Assembly: GCA_963716325.1 (NCBI GenBank)
Contig: CAVQTH010000045.1
Location: 1,505-65,504 of the forward strand
Length of the DNA stretch: 64,000 nucleotides
Direction of reading: 5' to 3'
From: an uncultured delta proteobacterium
GTDB taxonomy: Bacteria > Desulfobacterota > Desulfobacteria > Desulfobacterales > SpSt-501
In this document: positions 1 to 10,214 of the stretch, piece after piece
How the letters are laid out: every line of letters starts with the position of its first letter
Position numbering within the stretch: position 1 is the stretch's first letter
Program-made: the position numbers and the translations under genes
Notes under the pieces: generated by a model
Seen by the model: only the letters and a program-made list of their open reading frames with translations
Told to the model about the DNA's origin: nothing
Database searches by the model: none

Positions 1-567
1 CGTCGTGCCCCAATCGCGCCGGGCTTTCAGGACAGCGTCCTTGATGAGCTGGGCGCTCAGCGCGTCGATGCTGGCCGTGGGCTCGTCCATCAGGAGCACC
101 TCCGGTTTGAGAACCAGACGCGCCGCGAGGGCCACCCGTTGAGCCTCGCCGCCGGAAAGCGCATAGGCCGGCCGCTGTGCGAACTCCTTCCCGTCCAGCC
201 CCACGTAAGACAGAGCTTTGTCCACCCGCTCCGATAGGTGATCGCTGGCCTTGCGAATCCGCAGGCCGTAGGCGACGTTTTTCAGCACGGTGCGTTTCAT
301 AAGGAAGGGTTCCTGAGGGAGCAAGGTCACCCGGTTTCGGACCTCCGTCGCAAACGGGCCGGCCGGCTTGCCGTCGAAAAGGACCTCGCCCGCCGTTGGT
401 TTCTCGACGAACCCCGCCAGCCTCAGGAAAGTGCTTTTCCCGCTGCCGTTCGGGCCGATGACCCCGATGATACCGCCCCGGGGCAGGTCAAGCCGGTCGA
501 TGCTCAAAACGGGCTTGCCGCGATAGACATGCGTGAGGCTGCGGATGGTGTAGAGCGGGGTTTCCAC
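1..567 (-). CDS. tupC: ABC transporter ATP-binding protein, tungstate-type (TupC-like); C-terminal end lies outside the window
   Basis: My translation of the minus strand from GTG at 567: VETPLYTIRSLTHVYRGKPVLSIDRLDLPRGGIIGVIGPNGSGKSTFLRL...LSGGEAQRVALAARLVLKPEVLLMDEPTASID. Walker A, ABC signature and Walker B are present. It abuts the tupB stop codon. Confidence 0.85.
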   Translation of the reverse strand, partial: METPLYTIRSLTHVYRGKPVLSIDRLDLPRGGIIGVIGPNGSGKSTFLRLAGFVEKPTAGEVLFDGKPAGPFATEVRNRVTLLPQEPFLMKRTVLKNVAYGLRIRKASDHLSERVDKALSYVGLDGKEFAQRPAYALSGGEAQRVALAARLVLKPEVLLMDEPTASIDALSAQLIKDAVLKARRDWGTT

Positions 568-568
568 G

Positions 569-1258
569 TCAATACCTTTTCCGCAGGAAAGACACCGAGA
601 GGTTCACCCCGAAGGCGATCAGCAGCAACACCAGCCCCAGTGCAATCCCCATGGCAAATTCCCCCTTGTTGGTTTCAAGGGCGATGGCCGTGGTGATGGT
701 GCGCGTCTGCCACTTAATGTTACCCCCGACCATCATGGCGATGCCGACTTCGGTCATGACACGGCCGTATGCCGTAAGAGCGGCGGCGATGACCCCGTGG
801 CGCGCCTCCCAGAGGGTGCTCAAGAAAAGCTGCCGCCGGTTGGCGCCTAAAGAGATCAGCGTCACGCGCAGCTGGCGGTCCATGCTCTCCACGGCCGTGG
901 CGCTCAGGGCGACAACAACCGGAAGCGCCAGGATGGTCAGACCGACGGCAATGCCCGGCAGGGTGAACAGCAGGCCCCACTCGCCCATAGGTCCCCGGTT
1001 AGTAAAAAAAGCGTAAACCAGCAGACCAATAAAGACGGTCGGGAGCGCGAGGAGCGTGTCCACCACCACGCGCACCTGCTTCTTGATGCTGAAATCAAAA
1101 TACCCCAGGCAGAAGCCCAGCGGCAGCCCTATGATCAGAGTGGCCGCCAGGGAATAGGTGGATACGACCAGCGTGGCGTAAACGGCCGAAAAGGTCTCCG
1201 GGTCGTTGGTCGTGAGCAACTCGATCGCCTTGAGCAACCCCTGAAGCAGAAAGTCCAT
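569..1258 (-). CDS. tupB: ABC transporter permease, tungstate-type (TupB-like)
   Basis: 229-aa multi-TM ORF of the binding-protein-dependent permease type, sandwiched between tupA and the ATPase on the same strand. Confidence 0.85.
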   Translation of the reverse strand: MDFLLQGLLKAIELLTTNDPETFSAVYATLVVSTYSLAATLIIGLPLGFCLGYFDFSIKKQVRVVVDTLLALPTVFIGLLVYAFFTNRGPMGEWGLLFTLPGIAVGLTILALPVVVALSATAVESMDRQLRVTLISLGANRRQLFLSTLWEARHGVIAAALTAYGRVMTEVGIAMMVGGNIKWQTRTITTAIALETNKGEFAMGIALGLVLLLIAFGVNLSVSFLRKRY

Positions 1259-1330
1259 TAAAATCCGTCCGCCGGTCGGCCCGTCACCGGTTGCTTTTTA
1301 ACCCGGCTCATCACTTGTTTTCTCTTTGCC

Positions 1331-1351
1331 CGTTGCTCGTTGCTCGTTACC
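1331..1351 (-). repeat. Tandem heptamers (CGTTGCT CGTTGCT CGTTACC on plus strand) just 3' of tupA
   Basis: Three consecutive 7-mers. The 15-mer at 1336-1350 is the reverse complement of 49321-49335. Confidence 0.7.
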
Positions 1352-1382
1352 TTTTACTCCGACTCATCACTCGGAACTCATT

Positions 1383-2219
1383 TTATTTCGCGTTGGGAGT
1401 GAACAAGGGCTTCCCCATCACCTTGAACTCCTTGATCACCTTCTGTCCCTCGGGGCCGGCGATCCAGGTGCTGAACTTCGTCGCCAGCTCGAGCTGGGCC
1501 TTCTGGCACTTGGCCGGGTTCACGGCGATGACGCTGTATTGGTTGAGAAGGGTCTGGTCCCCTTCCACCAGGATTTTCAGCGGGGGGTTCCCGCCCAGGT
1601 TGTTTTCATACTTGATGTAGGTGCCGCGATCGGCCAGGGTGTAGCCGTTCTTCTCGGCGGCGATGTTGATGGTAGCCATCATCCCCTGGCCGGCCTGGGC
1701 ATACCAGGCCTCTTTTTCCGGCACCGCGGCCCCGGAAACCTTCCACAGGTCCAGTTCCATCATGTGGGTCCCGGATTTGTCCCCGCGGCTGACGAAGTTG
1801 GCCTTCTTGGCCTGAACGGCCAGCAGGGCGTCTTTGACGCTCTTGCCCTTGACGCCGGCCGGATCCGCCGCCGGGCCGATGATGACGAAGTCGTTGTACA
1901 TGATCTCCTTGCGGTTGATGCCGAACCCGTCGGCCACGAATTTCTTTTCCGCATCGGGGGCGTGGACCATGAGCACGTCCACGTCGCAGCTCTCCCCGAG
2001 CTTGAGCGCCTTGCCGGTGCCGGTGGCGGTCCACCGCAAATCGATGCCGGTCGCCTTTTTAAATTCCGAGGCGACCACATTCAGCAACCCGGTGTCCTCG
2101 GTACTGGTCGTGGTGGCCATCAACAAAACCTTCTCCTGGGCGCCGGCAAAGCCGGCTGCATTCAGAGATGCCAGTAGCAGCAACAAGACCGTCTTGAAAA
2201 CGTGTTTCATGCGAACCAT
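1383..2219 (-). CDS. tupA: Tungstate ABC transporter substrate-binding protein TupA
   Basis: 278-aa ORF with a signal peptide. LLMATTTSTEDTGLL carries the TTTS anion-binding motif typical of TupA, followed by GTGKALKLGESCDVDVLMVHAPDAEKKFV and MYNDFVIIGPAADPAGV. Confidence 0.9.
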   Translation of the reverse strand: MVRMKHVFKTVLLLLLASLNAAGFAGAQEKVLLMATTTSTEDTGLLNVVASEFKKATGIDLRWTATGTGKALKLGESCDVDVLMVHAPDAEKKFVADGFGINRKEIMYNDFVIIGPAADPAGVKGKSVKDALLAVQAKKANFVSRGDKSGTHMMELDLWKVSGAAVPEKEAWYAQAGQGMMATINIAAEKNGYTLADRGTYIKYENNLGGNPPLKILVEGDQTLLNQYSVIAVNPAKCQKAQLELATKFSTWIAGPEGQKVIKEFKVMGKPLFTPNAK

Positions 2220-2270
2220 TGAAGACCTCCTTTTAGCAATGAAATAGTCCCTGCATTCACCCTCGCCCCG

Positions 2271-2359
2271 CCTCCCCCGTCCAGGGGGAGGAGAAAAGAG
2301 AGCCTCCGCATAAGGGGAGATGATTCATCCAAGGGATTCCCCTCCCCTTGCGGGAGGGG
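2271..2359. repeat. Pair of G/C-rich hairpins (CCTCCCCC-N5-GGGGGAGG and CCCCTCCC-N5-GGGAGGGG)
   Basis: 8-bp perfect stems at 2271-2291 and 2339-2359, in the spacer between the regulator and tupA. Confidence 0.75.
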
Positions 2360-2411
2360 CCAGGGGAAGGGGTTATTTGCCGTCATTGCCGCGACCATCC
2401 GCCCGCCATTG

Positions 2412-3371
2412 TCATGCCGGCTTTTCTTCGGCTGTCTTTTCTTGCGTATTGTGCGGGAACACCATCTTGCCGCTCAGACTGAGATCATAGCCCTCGAGGC
2501 CGTCCTTCACCACCCGGTGAAATTTCGGCTCGTGCAGGAGGCCCAGAAAACGCTGGACCCCCTCGTCGAAGAACCGCTCCTTGGAGGCCATGAGGTCGAA
2601 GCGCTCCCAGCGCAGGGGGATGAACCCCAGATTGAGCAGCGCCGCCACCGGGCGGATCCCCGGACCGGCATCGGCCCGGTTGGACAAGACCTCGAGGCCG
2701 ACGTCCAAGTGGCGTTGCACCTCATGGGTGTAACCCTCGATCTTTTCACCTTTGACGCCGGCTTTGTTCAGCTCCCGGTCCAGCAGCAGGCGGGTGCCGG
2801 TCCCCAGGGGACGGTTGACGATCCGCAGCCCCGGCTTGCCGAGATCGGCAACACCGGAGATTTTCTTGGGGTTGCCTTTCCGGACGATGATCCCCTGCTC
2901 GCGTCGGCAGAAATTCACCACGGCCGGCAGATTGCCCAGTTCCTCCGAGGCGAAAGCGAAGTTGTACTCGCTCTCGTCCTCCTGGAGCAGGTGGCTCGCT
3001 GCCAGGTGGCACAGGTCGCGGCGCAGCGCCCGCAGGCCGCCCATGCTCCCCAGGTTGCCGAACACCGCCAGGTGCTCGGAGTGCATGGTGTTGAACAGCG
3101 TGATGGCCCGATCCAGGAGCAGGTCATTGCTTCCGGCAATGACCAGAAGCCCCTTGTAAGGGGCCGCACTCGCGTCGCGTTTGGGAAAATTGATGGTGTT
3201 CGCCTCCACCCACTGTTCGACGAGGTGCTGGGGAAACAACCACTTGCCGGTGATCTTGGTCGCCGGCAGCCCTTTCTCGGACACGAGGGTGTAGACCATT
3301 TTCTCGTTCACATTGAGGAACTTGGAAACTTCTCTGGTGGACAGGAGCCTGGCCATAGAAAACCCTCGCAC
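2412..3371 (-). CDS. Transcriptional regulator: N-terminal excisionase/MerR-type HTH plus C-terminal periplasmic-binding-protein-like (ModA/TupA-like) domain
   Basis: ARLLSTREVSKFLNVNEKMVYTLVSEKGLPATKITGKWLF is an HTH_17-type motif. The remaining ~250 aa look like a PBP-fold domain. It sits directly upstream of tupABC. The start may be the ATG at 3356 (MARLL). Confidence 0.7.
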   Translation of the reverse strand: MRGFSMARLLSTREVSKFLNVNEKMVYTLVSEKGLPATKITGKWLFPQHLVEQWVEANTINFPKRDASAAPYKGLLVIAGSNDLLLDRAITLFNTMHSEHLAVFGNLGSMGGLRALRRDLCHLAASHLLQEDESEYNFAFASEELGNLPAVVNFCRREQGIIVRKGNPKKISGVADLGKPGLRIVNRPLGTGTRLLLDRELNKAGVKGEKIEGYTHEVQRHLDVGLEVLSNRADAGPGIRPVAALLNLGFIPLRWERFDLMASKERFFDEGVQRFLGLLHEPKFHRVVKDGLEGYDLSLSGKMVFPHNTQEKTAEEKPA

Positions 3372-3536
3372 ATTGAGGCGTTAATGGTTGTCAACGGTAG
3401 TCAAATAGGCCACCGATTCTACAGTGTCAACCTCAACAATACAAAATTACAAAAAATAACCAATAACAACCAAAAACGACATAAATTTGGAACATCTCAG
3501 CTTGGTCTGTTTGCGCCTGCTTCTGGCGCAAACAGC

Positions 3537-4193
3537 TCAGGAGGGGGTATTCGTAGTTTTATGAGGGTAGGGGCAGAGAGGGCCCAATGGGCAGATGGGG
3601 CACTTGGGTTTTCTGGCCGTGCAGGTCGCGCGGCCGAAAAAAATGAGGCGCAGCGAGAAGTCGCTCCACTCGTTTCTGGGGATGATGCGCATCAGGTCGA
3701 GCTCGATCTTCTTGGGGTCCTTGTTCTTCGTCAGGCCGAGGCGGCCGGAGATGCGACCCACGTGGGTGTCCACCACGACACCCGGCGTGTCGAAGGCGGC
3801 GCCGAGCACCACGTTGGCGGTCTTGCGCCCCACCCCGGGCAGATCGACCAGCTCCTCCAGCGTCCGGGGCACATGCCCGCGGTGACGTTCGAGAAGCGCC
3901 TCACAACAAGCCTTGATATTCCGGGCCTTGTTCCGGTAAAAACCGGTCGGCCGGACGAACCCCTCGATTTCGGCGACCGGCGTTTTCACGAAGTCCTGCG
4001 GCCGGCGCATGCGCTTGAACAGCGCGGGCGTGACGCGGTTGACCTGGTTGTCCGTGCACTGGGCGGAAAGAATAGTGGCCACCAGCAGCTCGAACGGGTT
4101 GCGATAGAACAGTTGCGGCTTGACCTGCGGGTAGAGCGCGTTGAGGATCTTGAGAATGGCCGCGGCGCGTTCGACTGTTTTTTTTGAAGCCAT
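3537..4193 (-). CDS. nth: Endonuclease III
   Basis: 218 aa. HhH-GPD motif LVDLPGVGRKTANVVL and a C-terminal 4Fe-4S Cys cluster CTARKPKCPICPLGPLC. Confidence 0.93.
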   Translation of the reverse strand: MASKKTVERAAAILKILNALYPQVKPQLFYRNPFELLVATILSAQCTDNQVNRVTPALFKRMRRPQDFVKTPVAEIEGFVRPTGFYRNKARNIKACCEALLERHRGHVPRTLEELVDLPGVGRKTANVVLGAAFDTPGVVVDTHVGRISGRLGLTKNKDPKKIELDLMRIIPRNEWSDFSLRLIFFGRATCTARKPKCPICPLGPLCPYPHKTTNTPS

Positions 4194-4199
4194 AAGCGA

Positions 4200-4224
4200 A
4201 TCGCGGCTGGAAAGCCGCTCCCAC
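4200..4224 (-). repeat. REP-like hairpin element, copy 1 (GTGGGAGCGGCTTTCCAGCCGCGAT)
   Basis: The minus strand reads gtgggagcggctttccagccgcgat, with the internal stem GCGGCT/AGCCGC. Lies in the nth / PP-loop-gene spacer. Confidence 0.8.
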
Positions 4225-4355
4225 GAAAACTGAAAAAGGCGAGAACCCGTTTGCCGGATCGACTTGAATTTGAGATCCGTTGACCTATGTTAACGAAGCG
4301 GGTCCCGACAGAAGTTCGATGATTTTCTATGAAGTCGCTTTTAAAAACCCCCCAA

Positions 4356-4374
4356 CCCCCTTTGGCAAAGGGGG
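4356..4374. repeat. G/C hairpin CCCCCTTTG-G-CAAAGGGGG
   Basis: 9-nt complementary arms in the nth / PP-loop spacer. Confidence 0.6.
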
Positions 4375-4494
4375 TGCAGGGGGATTTCGTTCCACGTCGG
4401 ATGGCGCATTTTGCCATAACGTGATTTTCACGAAACTATCAGGTCCGGCATATAGCCCGATTCAAACAGACCCGTCAAGAAGGGCGGACAACAC

Positions 4495-5490
4495 ATGAGC
4501 CAGCAACCAAAAATAGTGCGTGCGTTGGGGTTGTGCTCCGGCGGGCTGGACAGCATGCTTTCCGGGCTGGTGCTGCGTGCGCAGGGGATCGAGGTCGAGT
4601 GGGTCTCCTTCGAAACCCCGTTTTTCGCGGCCGCCAAGGCGCGCAAGGCCTCCCGTCTCACAGGAATCCCGCTGACGGTGAAGCCCATCTTTGCCGACTA
4701 CATGGTCATGCTGCGCAACCCGCCCGCGGGCTACGGCAAGCACATGAACCCCTGCATGGACTGCCACACGCTGATGTTCCGCCTGGCCGGCGAGATCATG
4801 CGCGAGAGGGGCTTCGATTTCCTCTTCAGCGGCGAGGTGCTCGGCCAGCGGCCCATGTCTCAGACCAAGCCGTCGCTGCGCTACGTGGAAAAGCATTCCG
4901 GCCTGGGCGGTTACATACTGAGACCCCTCTGCGCAAAGCACCTGCCCGAAACGATCCCCGAGCAGCAGGGGCTGGTGGACCGCGAACGGCTGCTCGACAT
5001 CCACGGCCGGGGGCGCAGGGACCAGATCGCGCTCGCCAAAACCTTGGGCATCAGCGACTACCCGGCGCCGGCCGGCGGCTGCCTGCTCACGGACAAGGGG
5101 TTCAGCGCACGCCTGAAGGACCTCTTCGACCATGGCGGCGACGGCACCGAAGCCGAGGTTCAGCTCCTGAAGTTCGGCCGGCACTTCCGGCTGAACCACC
5201 AGGCCAAGCTGATCGTCGGCCGCACCGAGAAGGACAACGAAAGCATCCTTCAGCACCACCACCCGGCCCAGGACGTGGTGCTCGACGTGCGCGACTACCC
5301 CAGCCCCGTCGGCCTGCTGCAGGGCGCAGCCGACCGGAACACCCTTCTTCTGGCGGCCGCCATCTGCGTCGGCTACAGCCGCGCCCCGAAGCTTTCTCCC
5401 GTGGACGTGGCGGTAAGGTGGCCTTCCGGCGAGGAAGTGATCCAAGCCATCGCCGTACCGCCCGACGACGTGCGCAGGCTGATGATCTGA
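4495..5490 (+). CDS. PP-loop ATP pyrophosphatase family protein (MnmA/ThiI-like thiouridylase-related)
   Basis: 331 aa. N-terminal PP-loop LGLCSGGLDS, followed by NPCMDCH, similar to tRNA sulfurtransferase N-domains. Confidence 0.6.
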   Translation: MSQQPKIVRALGLCSGGLDSMLSGLVLRAQGIEVEWVSFETPFFAAAKARKASRLTGIPLTVKPIFADYMVMLRNPPAGYGKHMNPCMDCHTLMFRLAGEIMRERGFDFLFSGEVLGQRPMSQTKPSLRYVEKHSGLGGYILRPLCAKHLPETIPEQQGLVDRERLLDIHGRGRRDQIALAKTLGISDYPAPAGGCLLTDKGFSARLKDLFDHGGDGTEAEVQLLKFGRHFRLNHQAKLIVGRTEKDNESILQHHHPAQDVVLDVRDYPSPVGLLQGAADRNTLLLAAAICVGYSRAPKLSPVDVAVRWPSGEEVIQAIAVPPDDVRRLMI

Positions 5491-5505
5491 TAAGATCGAA
5501 GACAA

Positions 5506-5973
5506 TTGAAAGGTTGGAGTTGGAGCGTGGCACCCAAGCATGACAAGTATACCTATCGCGTAACCTGGTCGGAAACTGACGAGGAGTATGTAGGCCTTTG
5601 CGCCGAGTTTCCCAGCCTGAGCTGGCTGGCCACTTCCCCCGAAGCGGCGCTCAAGGGCATCCGGAATGTTGTTGCCGAGGTCATCAGCGACATGATGCAC
5701 AACGGAGAATCAGTACCGCAGGCCGCAGCGCCCGCGTACCGAAGGGCCACGCCGAAATGGGGCGTCTCACGAAGCCTCGGCGCTGCGGGCGCGCAGCTGT
5801 CCGCAGGCGGCGGAGATGTCCTGCCCCTTGCTCTGGCGGATGATGACGGTGAAATGCTTGCGCACGAGGACCTCCTGAAAAGCCAGGATGGTTTCCTCCG
5901 GGGGCCGCTCGAAGCCGCTGCCTTCGTGGGGGTTGAAGGGGATGAGGTTGACCTTGCAGCGGATCGGCTGTAG
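5506..5973 (+). CDS. HicB-family antitoxin-like protein; only the N-terminal domain is recognisable
   Basis: KYTYRVTWSETDEEYVGLCAEFPSLSWLATSPEAALKGIRNVVAEVISDMMHNGESVPQ matches the HicB/UPF0150 fold pattern. A likely start is GTG 5527, after a GGAG. The ORF's last ~200 nt are antisense to the rlmN 3' end and show no RHH-like tail. Confidence 0.4.
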   Translation: MKGWSWSVAPKHDKYTYRVTWSETDEEYVGLCAEFPSLSWLATSPEAALKGIRNVVAEVISDMMHNGESVPQAAAPAYRRATPKWGVSRSLGAAGAQLSAGGGDVLPLALADDDGEMLAHEDLLKSQDGFLRGPLEAAAFVGVEGDEVDLAADRL

Positions 5974-6870
5974 CAGGCGGGCCAGGCGGCGGGCGTCCTC
6001 CGGCGAGTCGTTGACTCCCTTGATCAGGATGTATTCGAAGGTGATGCGCCGGCCGGGCGGAAGCGGGTAGCTGCGGCAAGCCGCGAGCAGCGTCTCCAGC
6101 GGGTAGGTGCGATTGATTGGCATGAGCCGGCTGCGCGTTTCGTCGTCCGCAGCGTTGAGGGACACCGCCAGGCTCACCCGGGACTGCCGGCCGAACTCGA
6201 GCATCTCCGGCGCCAGGCCGGCGGTGGACACCGTCACGCGCTTGGCCGCGAACCCGAGCCCGATGTCGCTGTCGGTGATGATCGCGAGCGCGCCCAGGAG
6301 ATGGTCGAAATTGGCCAGCGGCTCCCCCATGCCCATGAAGACAAGGTTGGTGAGCTGCTCGGGCTGAGGCAGATCCTTTTTGATGTCGCGGACCTGCCCG
6401 AGGATCTCCCCCTGGGCGAGGTTGCGGCGCAGTTTGCTCTTGGCCGTCAGGCAGAACCGGCAGTTCTGGGCGCAGCCCACCTGGCTCGACACGCACAGGG
6501 TGTAGTGGTCGCGCTCGGGGATCAGAACGCTTTCGATGCGCTCCCCGTCCGCGAGACCGAAGAGGTATTTGCGGGTCCCGTCCGCCGAGGTCTGCATGGC
6601 CTGGATCTCCAGCCGCGGGATCCGGAAGTGCTGCGGCAGAAGGGCGCGCACATCCTTGGCGATGTCCGACATCTCGGCGAAGCTGTCCTTCTGGCGGCGG
6701 TAGATCCACTTCAGGATCTGGCCCGCCCGATAGGCGGCGATCCCGCGCTCGGCCAGCCAGTCCACCAGCTGTTCCCGGGAAAGGTCCAGAATGTTGATGC
6801 GCTTGTCGTTCACTCGACCCCTTGAGCCCTCGAACCCTTGAATCCTCTTGAATCCTTTTAGGCTTGACAT
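5767..6870 (-). CDS. rlmN: 23S rRNA (adenine2503-C2)/tRNA methyltransferase RlmN (radical SAM)
   Basis: 367 aa. Radical-SAM motif CVSSQVGCAQNCRFCLT and a C-terminal GQDISAACGQL. A later start (GTG 6813) is possible. Confidence 0.92.
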   Translation of the reverse strand: MSSLKGFKRIQGFEGSRGRVNDKRINILDLSREQLVDWLAERGIAAYRAGQILKWIYRRQKDSFAEMSDIAKDVRALLPQHFRIPRLEIQAMQTSADGTRKYLFGLADGERIESVLIPERDHYTLCVSSQVGCAQNCRFCLTAKSKLRRNLAQGEILGQVRDIKKDLPQPEQLTNLVFMGMGEPLANFDHLLGALAIITDSDIGLGFAAKRVTVSTAGLAPEMLEFGRQSRVSLAVSLNAADDETRSRLMPINRTYPLETLLAACRSYPLPPGRRITFEYILIKGVNDSPEDARRLARLLQPIRCKVNLIPFNPHEGSGFERPPEETILAFQEVLVRKHFTVIIRQSKGQDISAACGQLRARSAEAS

Positions 6871-6923
6871 AGCACCGATGCGATTGTAATTTCAAGAATT
6901 TGTAAAACCACGGCAGAGTTTCT

Positions 6924-8246
<1,323 letters not shown>

Positions 8247-8261
8247 AGGAGAGATTGAGAC

Positions 8262-8516
8262 ATGGCAGTAAAAATCAGACTCGCGCGCCACGGCGCCACC
8301 AAGAAACCCTACTACCGGATCGTGGTAACCGACAGCGACAACAAGCGTGACGGCCGGTTCCTGGAAAACGTCGGCACCTACGACCCCAAGACCAACCCCG
8401 TCAAGGTCACGTTCAAACCGGAGCGGGTGCAGTACTGGCTGAGCAAGGGCGCCACTCCCACCGATACCGTCAGAAGCCTTTTGAAAAAAGAAGGCGTTCT
8501 TGGTAAAAAGGCGTAG
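8262..8516 (+). CDS. rpsP: 30S ribosomal protein S16
   Basis: 84 aa, starting [22 protein letters not shown]. Confidence 0.95.
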   Translation: MAVKIRLARHGATKKPYYRIVVTDSDNKRDGRFLENVGTYDPKTNPVKVTFKPERVQYWLSKGATPTDTVRSLLKKEGVLGKKA

Positions 8517-8654
8517 AAACGGTCTCAACTTCCGGGGTCACGCTCCATCAAGGCGTTGAAAAACCGCGCAGATCCGCAGCGGCGGACTGAGGCTGTTGCG
8601 CGCCTGGCAGGTCTCGATGTGACGTTCTCAACCGCCAACTGAGGAGACGACACC

Positions 8655-8885
8655 ATGAAAGATCTGATCACGCTCCTAGCGAAGGCACTGGTGGACAATC
8701 CCGATCAGGTCGTAGTCACCGAGGTGGAAGGGAACCAGACCACCGTGCTTGAACTCAAGGTCGCCAAGGAGGACCTGGGCAAGGTCATCGGCAAAGAGGG
8801 CCGCAACGCCCGGGCCATGCGCACCATCCTGGGCGCCGCGTCGGCCAAGCTCAAGAAGCGCACGGTCCTGGAGATTCTCGAATAA
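8655..8885 (+). CDS. KH domain RNA-binding protein (UPF0109/YlqC-like)
   Basis: 76 aa with the [17 protein letters not shown] motif. Conserved position between rpsP and rimM. Confidence 0.85.
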   Translation: MKDLITLLAKALVDNPDQVVVTEVEGNQTTVLELKVAKEDLGKVIGKEGRNARAMRTILGAASAKLKKRTVLEILE

Positions 8886-8888
8886 GCG

Positions 8889-9407
8889 GTGCCCGGCGAA
8901 CGCATCATTCTCATCGGACGATTGGCGGGGGCCCACGGGATGCGGGGCGGCCTGAAACTGATATCCTATGCCGAATCCCTCGACGTGTTCACGGCCGGCC
9001 TCCCGATCCGCGCGCGCGGCGCCAACGGCGAAGAAGCGGTTTACGAAGTCGGCGAGGTCAGGCCCCAGGGACGGGGGGCGGTTCTGTTCCTGTCGGGGAT
9101 CACCCACCGCAGTCAGGCGGAGGCGTTGGCCGGCTGCGACCTGTTCATTGACAAGGCGGTGCTGCCGGCTCTCGCGGAAGGCACCTATTACTGGGCCGAC
9201 CTCATCGGCCTCGAGGTGGTTTCCATCGACGGCCGTTCTCTCGGGCGGCTGGAGTCCATTTTCGAGACCGGCAGCAACGACGTGTACGTGGTGAAAGGCG
9301 CAGGCAAAGAGATCCTCGTACCGGCGCTCAAGTCGGTGGTGAAGGCCGTCGACCTCTCGGCGCGCCGCATGCAGGTCGATCTGCCCGAGGGCCTGAGTCA
9401 GGAGTAG
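8889..9407 (+). CDS. rimM: 16S rRNA processing protein RimM
   Basis: 172 aa with a GTG start. [15 protein letters not shown], a PRC-barrel tail, and conserved synteny. Confidence 0.9.
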   Translation: MPGERIILIGRLAGAHGMRGGLKLISYAESLDVFTAGLPIRARGANGEEAVYEVGEVRPQGRGAVLFLSGITHRSQAEALAGCDLFIDKAVLPALAEGTYYWADLIGLEVVSIDGRSLGRLESIFETGSNDVYVVKGAGKEILVPALKSVVKAVDLSARRMQVDLPEGLSQE

Positions 9408-9414
9408 CGGCGGC

Positions 9415-10193
9415 ATGCGGATCCTGGTGCTCACGATTTTCCCGGACATGTTCGACGGGCTGTGGTCGCACGGCATGGTCCGCCGGGCGATCGAGCAGCA
9501 GGCGATCTCGGCGGCGGCGCTCAACATCCGGGACTTCGCCGACGACCGGCACCATGTCACCGACGACCGTCCCTACGGCGGCGGCAACGGCATGGTGATG
9601 AAGCCCGAGCCCCTGGCCGCCGCCATCCGCCACGCCCAACAGACGGCGCCGGAGGCCCGCACGATCCTCATGACCCCCCAGGGGCGCGTGTTCAACCAGG
9701 CACGGGCCCGGGAACTCGCGGGTCTGAAAGGGATCATTCTCGTCTGCGGACGCTACGAAGGGGTGGACGACCGCCTCTGCCACGACCTCATCTCGGATGA
9801 GCTGTCCGTCGGAGACTACGTCCTGACGGGGGGGAGATCGCCGCCATGGCGGTGATCGACGCCGTGACCCGGCTGATCCCCGGCGTCCTGGGCGGCGAGG
9901 ATTCGGCCGCGCGCGACTCTTTTTCCGACGGGCTCCTCGAGCATGCCCACTACACCCGGCCGCCGGTGTTCGAGGGTGCGGGAGTGCCCCAGGTGCTTTT
10001 AAGCGGCCACCACGGCAACATCGAACGCTGGCGGCTCGAGTCCTCGCTCATGCGAACGCTGGTCAACCGTCCGGATCTCCTGCAGCAGCGGGCGCTAACG
10101 GCGGAGGAAGCCGAAATCCTGCGGCGCTGGCACGCGCACCTGGGCGAGCTGATCGGCGGGCGGCCGGATGCGCCCGACCGCAAGCGGCGCTGA
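9415..10193 (+). pseudogene. trmD: tRNA (guanine37-N1)-methyltransferase TrmD, reading frame broken in a G7 homopolymer (possible sequencing artefact)
   Basis: ORF 9415-9855 ends ...[19 protein letters not shown] 9846-10193 continues as [20 protein letters not shown]. Adding one G to the run at 9828-9834 would read [15 protein letters not shown], the canonical TrmD sequence. Confidence 0.85.
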
Positions 10194-10214
10194 CCCGCTG
10201 CGCGGAGACTGCCG

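Noticed and set aside
2409-4187. 592-aa ORF on the plus strand
   Set aside because: Antisense to the HTH-PBP regulator and nth, crossing their intergenic region. No motifs.
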